Assembly: GCA_051362555.1 (NCBI GenBank)
Contig: CM120641.1
Span: 29,580,401-29,644,400, forward strand
Reading direction: 5' to 3'
Source: Lingula anatina
Taxonomy: Eukaryota > Animalia > Brachiopoda
DNA length: 64,000 bases
Positions within the stretch are counted from its first letter, which is position 1; each line of letters begins with the position of its first letter. Positions 62,136-64,000 of the stretch are shown piece by piece. The position numbers and the translations under genes are program-made. Below the pieces are notes generated by a model. The model saw only the letters and a program-made list of their open reading frames with translations, did not search any database and was not told the DNA's origin.

Positions 62136-64000
62136 TCGGCTACCCATCACCCATTGTGCTTGTTATGTAACGTGACGAGCAGTGGCCTTTTTTTTTTTAA
62201 TAAACGAGTTTAAAAAGTTCTCTTCTTCCATCCGTACAATTTGAATTTGTTAAAACTGCGCATTGAAGGTTTATCCTTATGGGCATAAACATCTTAAATC
62301 GCTTTAAATAATCAGTTCTGTAAGTTAATTTATTAATTATTTTTGGCACTATGGGCGTCACCCACTTTAGGAAATTACTGAAAAGAAAACATCTTTTTAT
62401 TTATTATCATTATACTTTTAGTAGTCGTAATTGTCACATGCAGTTATTTTAGCTTCGTAATTTTGTTATTATCTATCTAATTACTATTTATTATTGATTT
62501 AATGACATATAGTTTTATATTTGTGTGCTGTGTTACTTTTGATAATTAATTGCGTTAGCCAACTAGCACATGTACCTCTCAGAACTGATAAAGATACTTA
62601 TTTAAATGTCAGAATACGTAACGAAATATCATTTATTGCATGCATGTCTGTGAGCGGGGGGAGGGGAAACCCTTGATTATAAATGTACGGATAATTCGTT
62701 CGAATGCTAACATATATTGGAATCAAATTTTCTTTAACAAACTGACCAGTTAGTTAAGACGGCAAGTGATGCATATTTATTTTCATATTGCTATACCATT
62801 TCAGTTTTTAATATAAAGTTTTTACAAAGTTTATTTTTCATATTGTATATTTTGTAGGGCCTACATTTATGGACTAAATTATCCTTCACCTTTGTATTTA
62901 GGGGTTTTAGGAAATTGTCCAAAGAAGGAATATCAAGGAATTCTTTTCTGTTTGAAATAAACATCTTATAAATGTCATAAATATCTTTTCGATCTTTCCA
63001 AAAAAATCCTTCAATATTGTAATATCTGTCATAAATCCCTTTTTGATCTTTCAAAATAAACCACCCAAAAATAGTTAATATTTGATCCATTATTTTTGCT
63101 ATAGTCATACACCAAAGTATTTTTGATATTTTCGTCAATAAATATTACCACTGTGCCTTTTGTGATGGTAGTATGTGCTTTCAATCAATCAGCAGCTGTC
63201 TAACAGGTTTTATTATAATTGTTTCCTGATATACAGTTCTTAATTGTGAAGAAGTACGGCAAAGGACGATCGCTTTCCGACATCTTGTTCTTATTTTTCT
63301 ATGTTTTACTTGGCAAATTGAAAGGGTCTCTTCGTCGCCCCAATAATCCTAAGTCGCAGCCATAAGAACACAAGATTATTGCACATGTTGAATGCTTTTG
63401 ATTAACTTGACAACGTGTATTGTAACTTGAGATATAAAAGAGAATTTTCCCCCTGGAATAAGTGTATACGAGAGTCTTCATCTTTATCCTGCAACAAACG
63501 TGCGATTAATAAATGTACGCAGCGTTGCAGCAATTTATTGGAATTAATCTGCAAATAAATTTAATGGTATTGGGTTTCGGCCTGTATTTTCTTTTTTGCC
63601 ATAGTAATACACCAAAGTATTTTTGATTTTTTTCGGCAATAAATATTACCACTATGTCTTTTATGATGGCCGTTTGTTTTAATAACCGTTAAGACTTAAA
63701 GCCCATGCTTAACCATTAACCTTTTGCCCGACTTATTCATATAAGCCGAACAGCCTTTATTAAGACACCTACTTCTTAAAAACTGATGTCCACATTTTCA
63801 TATCACATTACAGGCGCCTCATACAATGTTTACATGACACCAGAGTGTAGAAGTACATCAAAGACCGATCCCTCCCGATATTTTTAATCTTATTTTCTAT
63901 GTTTTACTTGGCAAAGTGAACGGGTATTTCCGTCGCCATTAATCTTCAGTCCCAGCCTTCTGAAGTCAAGATTTCTGAAAATGAATCTTGCTTTTGATGA

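Overview
AT-rich animal genomic DNA with spliceosomal introns, most likely a lophotrochozoan/mollusc (inferred from the Helentron-type repeat and the DEG/ENaC type). All gene models were assembled by eye from splice sites and reading phase. In order, the window holds: (1) 237-~5600, a spliced unit built almost entirely from tandem repeats, including six tandem copies of a complete intron+52-nt-exon cassette; (2) a 2.5-kb non-autonomous DNA transposon next to an ETS/CRE promoter; (3) an intron-containing protein kinase gene with three frameshifts; (4) a decayed 28S rRNA fragment split by two transposon insertions; (5) a 3x PLAT/LH2 (LOXHD1-related) gene of ~866 aa; (6) folliculin (FLCN, ~560 aa); (7) an intronless DEG/ENaC channel; (8) a 3-exon, 147-aa secreted protein resembling only the N-terminal domain of meteorin, absent from the ORF track; (9) a dead Tc1 element; (10) the 3' part of a minus-strand PPxY membrane-protein gene whose intron holds a Helentron/HINE-type element with a 146-bp array rich in DR1 nuclear-receptor motifs. 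Several MITE families are scattered throughout.
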